Source of the DNA: a virus
Lineage: Duplodnaviria > Caudoviricetes
IMG/VR virus record: IMGVR_UViG_3300016636_000068
Span: 1 to 40,110 of that record
Length of the DNA stretch: 40,110 nt
Direction: 5' to 3' (one strand)
Shown: piece by piece, positions 20,833 to 27,674 of the stretch
Position numbering within the stretch: the stretch's first letter is position 1
Layout: every line of letters begins with the position of its first letter
Program-made: the position numbers and the translations under genes
The notes under the pieces: model-generated
What the model saw: the letters and a program-made list of their open reading frames with translations, nothing else
Told to the model about the DNA's origin: nothing
Databases searched by the model: none

Positions 20833-20848
20833 TGTGACTAACGTCACA
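20833..20848. promoter_or_regulatory. Perfect CRP/GlxR-type site
   Basis: TGTGA-CTAACG-TCACA in the main non-coding region. Confidence 0.6.
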
Positions 20849-21282
20849 GATATATACGGACAAAATAGGACACGCAGAAATAGATCTCACTTTAGTGGAG
20901 ATATTTATGTGGGGACTATAGACCCTCGCGCCCTCCATTTTATCAACACGGGGTCCCCTTAGTGTTGCGCTGGCTCTCACGCTATCGCCTATCGGCGAGA
21001 GAGTGGGGGATAGTGGGTGAGAGTGGGGCGATAGCCCACTCGGCACACTCTCGCGCCCTGCCTTCCCCTAATAATTCTCTAGCCCTCAACTAATAAACCG
21101 CGCCAGCTCTCAGCACCCACGCCTTCACTCTCGCCCCTTGTTCTCAGCTCGCACTCAGCTCTCAAGTAATAGTTTAGATCCGAACACCTGTTCTATTTCG
21201 CAACACTTCCGTTGTGTAATTGCCAGCTCTCAACGGGCTAAAGGTCTGACCGATTATGACCGACACGCGGTGAGCTTCAGAC

Positions 21283-21312
21283 TTGCGTGTTAGATAAGCC
21301 TTACATTACACT
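21283..21312 (+). promoter_or_regulatory. Putative sigmaA promoter for early micro-ORF operon
   Basis: TTGCGT-18 nt-TACACT upstream of first + strand gene. Confidence 0.55.
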
Positions 21313-21362
21313 CGCCCCAAAGGGGCGTATTCCGCGCTCACTCTGAAAGGATAAAAACGATA

Positions 21363-21521
21363 ATGAACAAAACCTACACTCTAACACTCAACACACGAGA
21401 AATTGAATTGATAATTCACTCCCTAGACTGCGACACACAAGGTACTTGGGGCGACGGCAGGGAGGAAAATATCCAACAAGTAATCAAGAAAATCAGAAAC
21501 CAGCAGAAGGCGGGAAAATAA
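21363..21521 (+). CDS. 52-aa early protein
   Basis: GAAAGGATAA RBS; MNKTYTLTLNTREIELIIHSL...; TAATG coupling. Confidence 0.75.
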   Translation: MNKTYTLTLNTREIELIIHSLDCDTQGTWGDGREENIQQVIKKIRNQQKAGK

Positions 21522-21790
21522 TGTCACACACACTTACCGACTGCGAATACGCCAGCTCTGAATATCACGACACCTGCCCCGACTGCGGTGAGCTAACTGC
21601 TTGTGTCTGCCTCGCTTCCATAGTGTCAGAGTGGGCGATTAGCCCTACGGGGCAGGCAGGCTCTTTCGCCTATCGTTACCAATACAAGGAGAAGGAGGGC
21701 GACCTTGTAGAGCGTTTTGGATACGCGGAAACCTACCGCGAGGCAATGGACAGTATCGCTCACTCCGTGAATTGTGAGGGGAAGCGATGA
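21521..21790 (+). CDS. Early protein with CPDC motif
   Basis: MSHTLTDCEY...TCPDCGELTACVC. Confidence 0.7.
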   Translation: MSHTLTDCEYASSEYHDTCPDCGELTACVCLASIVSEWAISPTGQAGSFAYRYQYKEKEGDLVERFGYAETYREAMDSIAHSVNCEGKR

Positions 21791-21873
21791 GTGAGTGCGA
21801 AAGAGTGGCTTACAACCGCGAGAGCTGGTACTGCCTCACGCATCATCAACTAGAGGAGAGAGAGGGCGAGTAA
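21787..21873 (+). CDS. 28-aa early peptide
   Basis: ATGA overlap; MSECERVAYNRESWYCLTHHQLEEREGE. Confidence 0.55.
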   Translation: MSECERVAYNRESWYCLTHHQLEEREGE

Positions 21874-22038
21874 GTGAATACGATCGAGTTGAAGCGTCAA
21901 TTTTGGGCAGGTATAGCTAAAGAAAATGGGTGGTATAGCGAGCCTTTCTATGTTCAGGTGTGGCTCAACGGAGAGGGGGAGATTACAGATAGCGTTTCGT
22001 TCGCAGGGCTAGACCGCGACATAATAGAGCGCATCTAG
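21874..22038 (+). CDS. 54-aa early protein
   Basis: MNTIELKRQFWAGIAKENGWYSEPFYVQVW... Confidence 0.7.
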   Translation: MNTIELKRQFWAGIAKENGWYSEPFYVQVWLNGEGEITDSVSFAGLDRDIIERI

Positions 22039-22092
22039 TGCTTTACTATGGGAGAGAGTTAGTCTATCCTCTCTCCTGTGGTAGCTCACTAG
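22035..22092 (+). other. Long intergenic RNA hairpin
   Basis: CTAGTG/CACTAG outer stem plus 15-bp inner stem with 3 G-U pairs. Confidence 0.65.
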
Positions 22093-22124
22093 GAGCTAGT
22101 TACACCTAATGAAAGGATAAAGAT

Positions 22125-22607
22125 ATGTCGGCATTTATGGCAAATGACGACCACCTAGACCTATTGGCTAGTGTGGTGGAGTGGGGGAGAGAGGGCATCT
22201 ATGTTTATTTCAGCGATGAAATGTTGCCCCCTCGTTCTGATTTAGAAGCAACGCGAGGAGAGGGGAACTATTACAAGACACGCACTCACGCCTCACTTAT
22301 CAAAGAGGAGTTACGCCTAGAGAACCAAGCGAGCCTGTGGGCGCGATACCCGAAAGATGCTAACGAAATGTGGCACGAAAGCAAGCCTAACTATCGTCAC
22401 ATACTCAGCGACCAAGCTACCAAAGCTCAAGTGTTGGGTGCGCTGGCGTGTTACGAATACCAAGCCTGCGAGAGTGAGAATTGGAAGCACTCCTACGCTC
22501 ACGCACTTATTCAAGCGATGAGAAAGAGCATCTGCCGAAGCATATCGGGCGATAATTGGGAATATACCCGACCTGCGACAATGAGCGAGAGAGTGAGGAT
22601 TATCTAA
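22125..22607 (+). CDS. 160-aa early protein
   Basis: GAAAGGATAA RBS; ENQASLWARYP and ACYEYQACE motifs of a recurring phage family of unknown function. Confidence 0.8.
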   Translation: MSAFMANDDHLDLLASVVEWGREGIYVYFSDEMLPPRSDLEATRGEGNYYKTRTHASLIKEELRLENQASLWARYPKDANEMWHESKPNYRHILSDQATKAQVLGALACYEYQACESENWKHSYAHALIQAMRKSICRSISGDNWEYTRPATMSERVRII

Positions 22608-22732
22608 TGTTCAATGTATCTACGAGCTGGATCAACGGACTAGGACAGGTCATCACCTACGCGCTTATTATTGGTGGCGTGTTGTGGGTGCTAAGTAAAA
22701 TCGAAATCAAGGAGAGAGAGGGCGACAAGTGA
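22607..22732 (+). CDS. 41-aa membrane peptide
   Basis: VITYALIIGGVLWVL hydrophobic stretch; coupled. Confidence 0.65.
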   Translation: MFNVSTSWINGLGQVITYALIIGGVLWVLSKIEIKEREGDK

Positions 22733-22893
22733 AAAAGTATGAGTTGGAGAAGGTGGAAACCTACGCGGTGAGAGCGCGTAGTGTTGATGAAGCTATGGAA
22801 ATCCTGAACGGGCTAGACAATTCGTCAGCGTATCGCGTTGATGTGAGGGTGATTTACGCCAGCGCACCAACAGAAAGAGAAGGCGTGTTATGA
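22729..22893 (+). CDS. 54-aa early protein
   Basis: MKKYELEKVETYAVRARSVDEAMEIL; GTGA overlap. Confidence 0.65.
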   Translation: MKKYELEKVETYAVRARSVDEAMEILNGLDNSSAYRVDVRVIYASAPTEREGVL

Positions 22894-23012
22894 ATTGTGA
22901 GTGCGAGCTAGAGAACGATTACCTAACCTTATGCGATGAGCATAAACAAGAGCTGGAGAACCTAAAGAATAATCCGCCCTTATGGGCTATCAGAGCGAGG
23001 AGAAGCAAGTGA
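22890..23012 (+). CDS. 40-aa Cys/His peptide
   Basis: MNCECELENDYLTLCDEH. Confidence 0.6.
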   Translation: MNCECELENDYLTLCDEHKQELENLKNNPPLWAIRARRSK

Positions 23013-23158
23013 AGTGTGAATTACAGGACATTGAAACAATTATGAAGGAGGCAGGCGTGATCTTGACAGGTAACGCCTACGAGAAGGCACAAGACTACCT
23101 AGAGGCTAACTGCCCTTGTGCCACCTACGAATATCTAAATCAAAAGAGAGGCAAGTAA
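23009..23158 (+). CDS. 49-aa early protein
   Basis: GAGGAG RBS, coupled both ends. Confidence 0.6.
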   Translation: MKCELQDIETIMKEAGVILTGNAYEKAQDYLEANCPCATYEYLNQKRGK

Positions 23159-23388
23159 TGGAAATCAAGTTACTAGACCATACCAATACAGGGTGGGCGA
23201 GAAAGATACTGATTACCTATGAAGGAGAGAAATACCCGATTACCCTTACTTGGGAGAATTGGGAAGGCTACGAAATAGTAAGTGGCTATGACGATCTGCC
23301 CGAAAGTTTCAAGGAGAAATACACCGAAGGGCTAGACCTATACCGATTACTAGACGATACAACAAGTGAGGAGCTGGCTAATGTCTAG
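23158..23388 (+). CDS. 76-aa acidic early protein
   Basis: MEIKLLDHTNTGWARK...; TAATG coupling. Confidence 0.7.
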   Translation: MEIKLLDHTNTGWARKILITYEGEKYPITLTWENWEGYEIVSGYDDLPESFKEKYTEGLDLYRLLDDTTSEELANV

Positions 23389-23524
23389 CGAGTGGCTAAA
23401 TCATCAAGGTCACAAGATCGTTGTGGCTCGTTATACCGACACAGACAACAATGTTGTCAATGTATCTATTGAGTGTGAGGAGTGCTGGCAAGTGCTGGCA
23501 GATGAGGAGGTAGCTAATGTCTAA
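23381..23524 (+). CDS. 47-aa early protein (ECEEC)
   Basis: 8-nt overlap junction ATGTCTAG; HQGHKIVVARY...SIECEEC. Confidence 0.7.
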   Translation: MSSEWLNHQGHKIVVARYTDTDNNVVNVSIECEECWQVLADEEVANV

Positions 23525-23744
23525 AGAGCATTACTTTATTGTGAAGTGGAGTAGGGCAACAGGGTGGGAACTTGACCCTGAGAGCGAGGAAGCTCGCTTC
23601 CCTGACGGAACTGTATTCAACGGGAAAGAGTGGGAACTGCCTTACTTGGGGGAAGGTCTATACAACGAAGGCAACGACCTAATAACCCAAGACCTAGAAA
23701 TAATCCTAAGCCAAGCTAACGAGAGGGAGGGAGATCGTGCCTAA
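23517..23744 (+). CDS. 75-aa acidic early protein
   Basis: ATGTCTAA junction, GAGGAGG RBS. Confidence 0.75.
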   Translation: MSKEHYFIVKWSRATGWELDPESEEARFPDGTVFNGKEWELPYLGEGLYNEGNDLITQDLEIILSQANEREGDRA

Positions 23745-23904
23745 GTATGTTTTTCAAATTGAACAACAAATTGAAGTCAATGCCAAGTCATACGAACAGG
23801 CGTTAGAGGAACTACCTATCTATCCCACTACTCACGGAAAAGTGTGGGAGATACTAGACGAAACGACACAACTGCTTTATCAAAAGGAGGAAACTAATGT
23901 GTGA
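23737..23904 (+). CDS. 55-aa early protein
   Basis: GTGCCTAA junction; MPKYVFQIEQQIEVNAKSYEQA. Confidence 0.7.
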   Translation: MPKYVFQIEQQIEVNAKSYEQALEELPIYPTTHGKVWEILDETTQLLYQKEETNV

Positions 23905-24025
23905 TCTCTGCTCTGAGTATGGGGTTCAGACAGTATCGGTAAAAATCAGAAGCAAAAGAACAGAGGTTCAGATGTGCTTCAGATGTTTAGCGCAAGCACA
24001 ACAAGAGGAGGGTGACAATGCCTAA
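23897..24025 (+). CDS. 42-aa CxxC..CxxC zinc-finger peptide
   Basis: MCDLC...MCFRC. Confidence 0.7.
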   Translation: MCDLCSEYGVQTVSVKIRSKRTEVQMCFRCLAQAQQEEGDNA

Positions 24026-24146
24026 GTGCGAAGTCTGTTGGGCAGACAGTAAAGAAACTTATATCTACCGCTACAAGGGAGCTACCTATTGCGAGCAAGA
24101 CTTAGAGAGAGCGCAGAAGGAGGGGTGGCACAATGACAACGCCTAA
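24018..24146 (+). CDS. 42-aa zinc-finger-like peptide
   Basis: MPKCEVC...YCEQD. Confidence 0.7.
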   Translation: MPKCEVCWADSKETYIYRYKGATYCEQDLERAQKEGWHNDNA

Positions 24147-24297
24147 ATGTAAGTGGTGCGAGGGTGAAACCCGTATAGAACCGCTTGACTACTACCTTGA
24201 GGAGTTAGGGTGCGAGGTCACCTGTGAAGGGTGTGACACTTTGATCTGCTTGGAGTGTGGGCAAGATGTAGCCAATGAGGAGGTAGCCAATGTCTAA
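24133..24297 (+). CDS. 54-aa Cys-rich peptide
   Basis: CKWC...CEGC...CLEC. Confidence 0.7.
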   Translation: MTTPKCKWCEGETRIEPLDYYLEELGCEVTCEGCDTLICLECGQDVANEEVANV

Positions 24298-24427
24298 ATG
24301 GACAGTATGGGTGGGTGGTGGCGAGATCAACTCCTACTACCTAAGCAAAGAGGAAGCGTTAGAACTAGCCCAAGTCTGGAAAGACAATGGCTATGACGAG
24401 GTAGTTATGGAGGAAGTCAATGTCTAA
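24290..24427 (+). CDS. 45-aa early protein
   Basis: MSKWTVWVGGGEINSYYLSKEEALELAQVWKDNGYDEV. Confidence 0.75.
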   Translation: MSKWTVWVGGGEINSYYLSKEEALELAQVWKDNGYDEVVMEEVNV

Positions 24428-24566
24428 GTTTTACTGTGTTACCTGTAATTCTAATCTAACACGCATATCCGAAGGGGAGTGGATAGATAACGAGGGCTTT
24501 ATTTTCTGCCCTGTGACAGATGAAATCCACTATCGCACACTCAGGAAAGAGGTAGTCAATGCCTAA
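24420..24566 (+). CDS. 48-aa zinc-finger-like peptide
   Basis: MSKFYCVTC...FCPVTDEIH. Confidence 0.7.
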   Translation: MSKFYCVTCNSNLTRISEGEWIDNEGFIFCPVTDEIHYRTLRKEVVNA

Positions 24567-24708
24567 GTGTGGAGTGTGCGGTTGGACATTCTCAGATCGA
24601 ACGCTGATGAAACACGCTGAAACCCCGTGTGGGGAGGAGAGCGAGAAGGCGGGCAGATACCTGCCCGAAATAGATGATTTACTACGACAAGAGGAGGAAA
24701 GTAAGTGA
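24559..24708 (+). CDS. 49-aa C2HC zinc-finger-like peptide
   Basis: MPKCGVCGWTFSDRTLMKHAETPC. Confidence 0.7.
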   Translation: MPKCGVCGWTFSDRTLMKHAETPCGEESEKAGRYLPEIDDLLRQEEESK

Positions 24709-24872
24709 ATAAGGAATACTATCAAGCAAAGGCAGACCTATGCCGTGACCTAGCTATCAAGCAAATGGTAGAGGGAGATAGCAAGAGGGCAGGGGAGAAC
24801 CTGATCCGTATGGTCAATGCCCTGAACGAACTAAACCTAATCAACTACAAGGAGGAAAGGGATAATGGCTAA
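24705..24872 (+). CDS. 55-aa early protein
   Basis: GAGGAGG RBS; MNKEYYQAKADLCRDLAIKQM. Confidence 0.7.
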   Translation: MNKEYYQAKADLCRDLAIKQMVEGDSKRAGENLIRMVNALNELNLINYKEERDNG

Positions 24873-24981
24873 ATGTTTTGAGTGTGGTTGGTTTGATAAT
24901 GATAAGAGTTTTTTCTACGAAAGAGAGGGCGAGCAATACTGCTCGCTTCACATAAACAAGGAGGAGAAGGCAAGTGAGTGA
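24865..24981 (+). CDS. 38-aa zinc-finger-like peptide
   Basis: MAKCFEC...YCSLH. Confidence 0.7.
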   Translation: MAKCFECGWFDNDKSFFYEREGEQYCSLHINKEEKASE

Positions 24982-25114
24982 AATCCGTTGTAATAACTGT
25001 GGCTATGAGTGCGAGGAAGTAAATGAGGACACTCACTATTGTCAGACCTGTCAAGGGGCATACGACAAAGGGGCGCGTATGGGATACAAGATCGCTAAGG
25101 AGGAAAGCAAATGA
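24974..25114 (+). CDS. 46-aa zinc-finger peptide
   Basis: RCNNC...YCQTC. Confidence 0.7.
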   Translation: MSEIRCNNCGYECEEVNEDTHYCQTCQGAYDKGARMGYKIAKEESK

Positions 25115-25275
25115 AGGACAAGATGACAAAGCTGGAACGCCTAAATTTTGAGGCGTGGTGGTGTGCTGAGGAATTACTCAATAACACCTCTGAATACTCA
25201 GACGAATACCTACGGGGATACGCTGAGGCTATCAAGTGGGTCAAGTCTTTAGATCAACAGGAGGTATATGTATGA
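25111..25275 (+). CDS. 54-aa early protein
   Basis: AAGGAGG RBS, ATGA overlaps. Confidence 0.7.
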   Translation: MKDKMTKLERLNFEAWWCAEELLNNTSEYSDEYLRGYAEAIKWVKSLDQQEVYV

Positions 25276-25451
25276 ACAGGGAAATGTATCTGCTCATAGC
25301 AGACACGATTACCGCAGTAAAGAACGAGTTTGAGTCACCAGCTATTCAGATAGTGGTGGAGGCGTTAGCAGATGCCTTTGAAGGATACGACCCTCACTTT
25401 GATAGGGTTATATTCCTCAATGACTGCGAGTTAGCGGAGGCGAGCGTATGA
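25272..25451 (+). CDS. 59-aa early protein
   Basis: AGGAGG RBS; LADAFEGYDPHFDRVIFLNDC. Confidence 0.75.
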   Translation: MNREMYLLIADTITAVKNEFESPAIQIVVEALADAFEGYDPHFDRVIFLNDCELAEASV

Positions 25452-25672
25452 AACTGACCAATTTCTATGAGGTAATGGATCGCAAGGGAGATATTGCGTG
25501 GGGAGGGGCGAGCGCAAGCGAGGCGGTGGAGTGGTTTAGACGAGGACTAGATAACTCTATCTTTGTATCGGTCTGGAACGAGGAAGATATTGAGGAACCT
25601 GTCCTTGTCACCGACAAGATAGAGGTGACTACCCTTGTGCTGGCTACGATTACGAGTGAGAGGTCACGATGA
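25448..25672 (+). CDS. 74-aa hypothetical protein
   Basis: GGAGG RBS, coupled. Confidence 0.75.
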   Translation: MKLTNFYEVMDRKGDIAWGGASASEAVEWFRRGLDNSIFVSVWNEEDIEEPVLVTDKIEVTTLVLATITSERSR

Positions 25673-25752
25673 TATTCTTAGGCGTAATAGTGGCTACCAT
25701 AATTGCCTACCTGCTCATAGTGTGGGAGGATAAGCTCAATGAACCTAGATAA
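25669..25752 (+). CDS. 27-aa membrane peptide
   Basis: MIFLGVIVATIIAYLLIVWEDKLNEPR. Confidence 0.6.
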   Translation: MIFLGVIVATIIAYLLIVWEDKLNEPR

Positions 25753-26038
25753 ACGAAAGGCTAGTGCTGAGAAGCGAGCCGTATGGCTACGCAATTATCA
25801 GCGAGCACGAGGGCGAGCGCTCACACGCCTTGCTCAGCAATACCCCGACCAATTCAAGGAAATCTTGGAAGAAGAGAGGCTATCTGATGAGGCTAATGGC
25901 AAAGCGTGGAGTGATATTAGTGGCAGGACTATCAGCGTTGTGGGTAGTTCTCGCGCACCCCGTAGGAAACGTAAAGTTTCCTTCAGATATACCCACCGAA
26001 GTCGTAAGGGCAAAAGCAAGTTGGGAAGAAAAAAATGA
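25739..26038 (+). CDS. Basic hypothetical protein
   Basis: GGAGG RBS; RNYQRARGRALTRLAQQYPDQF. Confidence 0.65.
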   Translation: MNLDKRKASAEKRAVWLRNYQRARGRALTRLAQQYPDQFKEILEEERLSDEANGKAWSDISGRTISVVGSSRAPRRKRKVSFRYTHRSRKGKSKLGRKK

Positions 26039-26309
26039 GAACAGAGAATTGGCAAAGCAATATGCGTGGGTTGCGTTTGGTTGGCGAGGAAGAGAGTGGC
26101 TCTGCCTTCACGACCTTTGGACCCGTGAGAGCAGGTTTGACCACTACGCACAGAACCCAACAAGTTCAGCTTTCGGAATTGCTCAACTGCTTGGAGAGAG
26201 AAGTAGAAAGCCTTCACTCCAAATACTGCGAGGCTTACGTTACATTGACGAGCGTTATGGATCACCTTGTAAAGCTCTCAGCTATCATAATAAACGAAAC
26301 CATTATTGA
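25896..26309 (+). CDS. Membrane-anchored lytic transglycosylase-like protein
   Basis: N-terminal TM; CLHDLWTRES..NPTSSAFGIAQLL..QILRGLRYIDERYGSPC (SLT-like actinobacterial family). Confidence 0.8.
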   Translation: MAKRGVILVAGLSALWVVLAHPVGNVKFPSDIPTEVVRAKASWEEKNENRELAKQYAWVAFGWRGREWLCLHDLWTRESRFDHYAQNPTSSAFGIAQLLGERSRKPSLQILRGLRYIDERYGSPCKALSYHNKRNHY

Positions 26310-26334
26310 CAAAGAGAAAGATACTAAGTAGAGT
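26306..26334 (+). promoter_or_regulatory. Strong sigmaA-type promoter with no downstream ORF
   Basis: TTGACA-17 nt-TAGAGT. Confidence 0.75.
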
Positions 26335-26337
26335 ATT

Positions 26338-26419
26338 ACTACTAAGCGTTCCTTATCCTTTCGCTCAGTAGTAAGTAACCCCGCAGATCAAGAGTGCTAA
26401 CTGCGGGGTTATTTTATTT
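26338..26419 (+). ncRNA. Putative ~80-nt sRNA with anti-Shine-Dalgarno loop
   Basis: Promoter, hairpin with loop TTCCTTATCCTTT, then intrinsic terminator. Confidence 0.65.
26376..26419. terminator. Intrinsic terminator at convergence of + and - blocks
   Basis: TAACCCCGCAG...CTGCGGGGTTA then TTTTATTT. Confidence 0.8.
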
Positions 26420-26590
26420 GTCTTTATCTGTTGAATAGAAGCCTGATCCCCTGAAGGAAAGAGGAGGAGGAGACCAGACCCTATTCATCATTTCGCCACA
26501 CGAGCAGAAGGGGTTGCTCGCTTCAGCGTGGATAGACCTATCAACTTCGGAGGTTAGCTGACAGGTCGGACACTTGTATTCATAAATCAT
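26414..26590 (-). CDS. FmdB-family zinc ribbon protein (not in ORF track)
   Basis: MIYEYKCPTC...CSCGEMMNRVW...FRGSGFYSTD. Confidence 0.85.
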   Translation of the reverse strand: MIYEYKCPTCQLTSEVDRSIHAEASNPFCSCGEMMNRVWSPPPLSFRGSGFYSTDKDK

Positions 26591-27045
26591 CTAACTACTA
26601 CCACCGCAGAGGGAAAGGGTGCGGAGTTCTTCTGATTACCAAACTTCAACCTACCCTTGATAAATCTAACCTCGTGCTGAATACAATAAGAGTGCCACCA
26701 ATTCGTATCAGTGCGAGCAGGAACGAGGCAGACAACAACCCCACCTGCTTGTGCTTCAAGGTTAGCCTTTTTCATCCATTCACCGATAGTTCTTCCGTAT
26801 GGAGGGTTGAGCCAGATAGGTTTATTGCCAGCATCAATAGTCCAAAGACGTTGGAAAGCATCTCTACGTATCAACTGCGGATGATCTGGTCCATACCAAT
26901 TATCAGGCACGAGAGTAGAGGAGGAGAGCGCAGCCGCATCTAATCCAAAGTGGAACTCATCATTCAACTTATCAAAGAAATCTCTAGGCGTAGTCCACGT
27001 ATTATCATTAGAAGTACGCATACCTGTTGTAAATCCTTGTGTCAC
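26587..27045 (-). CDS. Phage DNA N6-adenine methyltransferase (phage Dam family)
   Basis: WTTP, LDAAA, WLNPPYG, LVPARTDTNWW, GRLKF, APFPS motifs. Confidence 0.9.
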   Translation of the reverse strand: MTQGFTTGMRTSNDNTWTTPRDFFDKLNDEFHFGLDAAALSSSTLVPDNWYGPDHPQLIRRDAFQRLWTIDAGNKPIWLNPPYGRTIGEWMKKANLEAQAGGVVVCLVPARTDTNWWHSYCIQHEVRFIKGRLKFGNQKNSAPFPSAVVVVR

Positions 27046-27674
27046 TGATAAGGACTTTCGCCACCAAGATTATTCTGTAATCTGCGTAGAGAGTTCTGAC
27101 ATCTACGATCAGCAGTAGAGGTAGCACACTCTAGGTAGGTAGCTAACTCTTGGAGAGTAAGGTTCTCGTGGTATCTCTTGATGAGAATATCTTTGTCCAT
27201 CACATCTAGTTTGAGATACGCCTTCTTGATGTCAATGAGCGTGGCGAGCAGGTTGCCACCTTCAGCAGGAGCAGACTGCTTCTTTGGTTGCCCATCGTTG
27301 ATGAGGTTCTGAGCCTGTTCTAATACTGTGTTATCTACAACAGAGGCGATAACGTGGGGGAGAAGCTGGGCTATGACGACAGTATCATAGAAGGCTTCAT
27401 CAGTAAGTTTATATCCGCTACGAGTAGCCTTCTCCCTGCGAGCGTAGCGTTCTGCGTGACGCTTCATCTGCCACGCCATACGCTTTTCGTTGATGACTCG
27501 CTGGACTGTGTTCTCTTCCGATAGTAATTGGTTGAAGTGTTCTGCTCGTGAGTAGTACCACGACCAGCACTCTTGAACTACATCTTCTCGCTCAACAAAG
27601 TTGCGGTATCTACTGAAGATAGTTCTAGCTACGCTAAAGACTATATCGCCAGCGGAAGGGTGAGTCTCAGTCAT
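27042..27674 (-). CDS. Sigma-70 region 2/4-like transcription factor
   Basis: EREDVVQE region 2-like; RYHENLTLQELA..STADRR HTH. Confidence 0.7.
   Translation of the reverse strand: MTETHPSAGDIVFSVARTIFSRYRNFVEREDVVQECWSWYYSRAEHFNQLLSEENTVQRVINEKRMAWQMKRHAERYARREKATRSGYKLTDEAFYDTVVIAQLLPHVIASVVDNTVLEQAQNLINDGQPKKQSAPAEGGNLLATLIDIKKAYLKLDVMDKDILIKRYHENLTLQELATYLECATSTADRRCQNSLRRLQNNLGGESPYQ

Noticed and set aside
20660-21046. ORFs 20660..20962 (+) and 20780..21046 (-)
   Set aside because: No RBS, atypical composition, and they overlap terminator and regulatory motifs; likely non-coding
23368-24570. Repeated junctions as a CRISPR array or integron attC sites
   Set aside because: Spacers are 130-230 nt intact ORFs; repeats are degenerate and non-palindromic; no cas1 or integron integrase present
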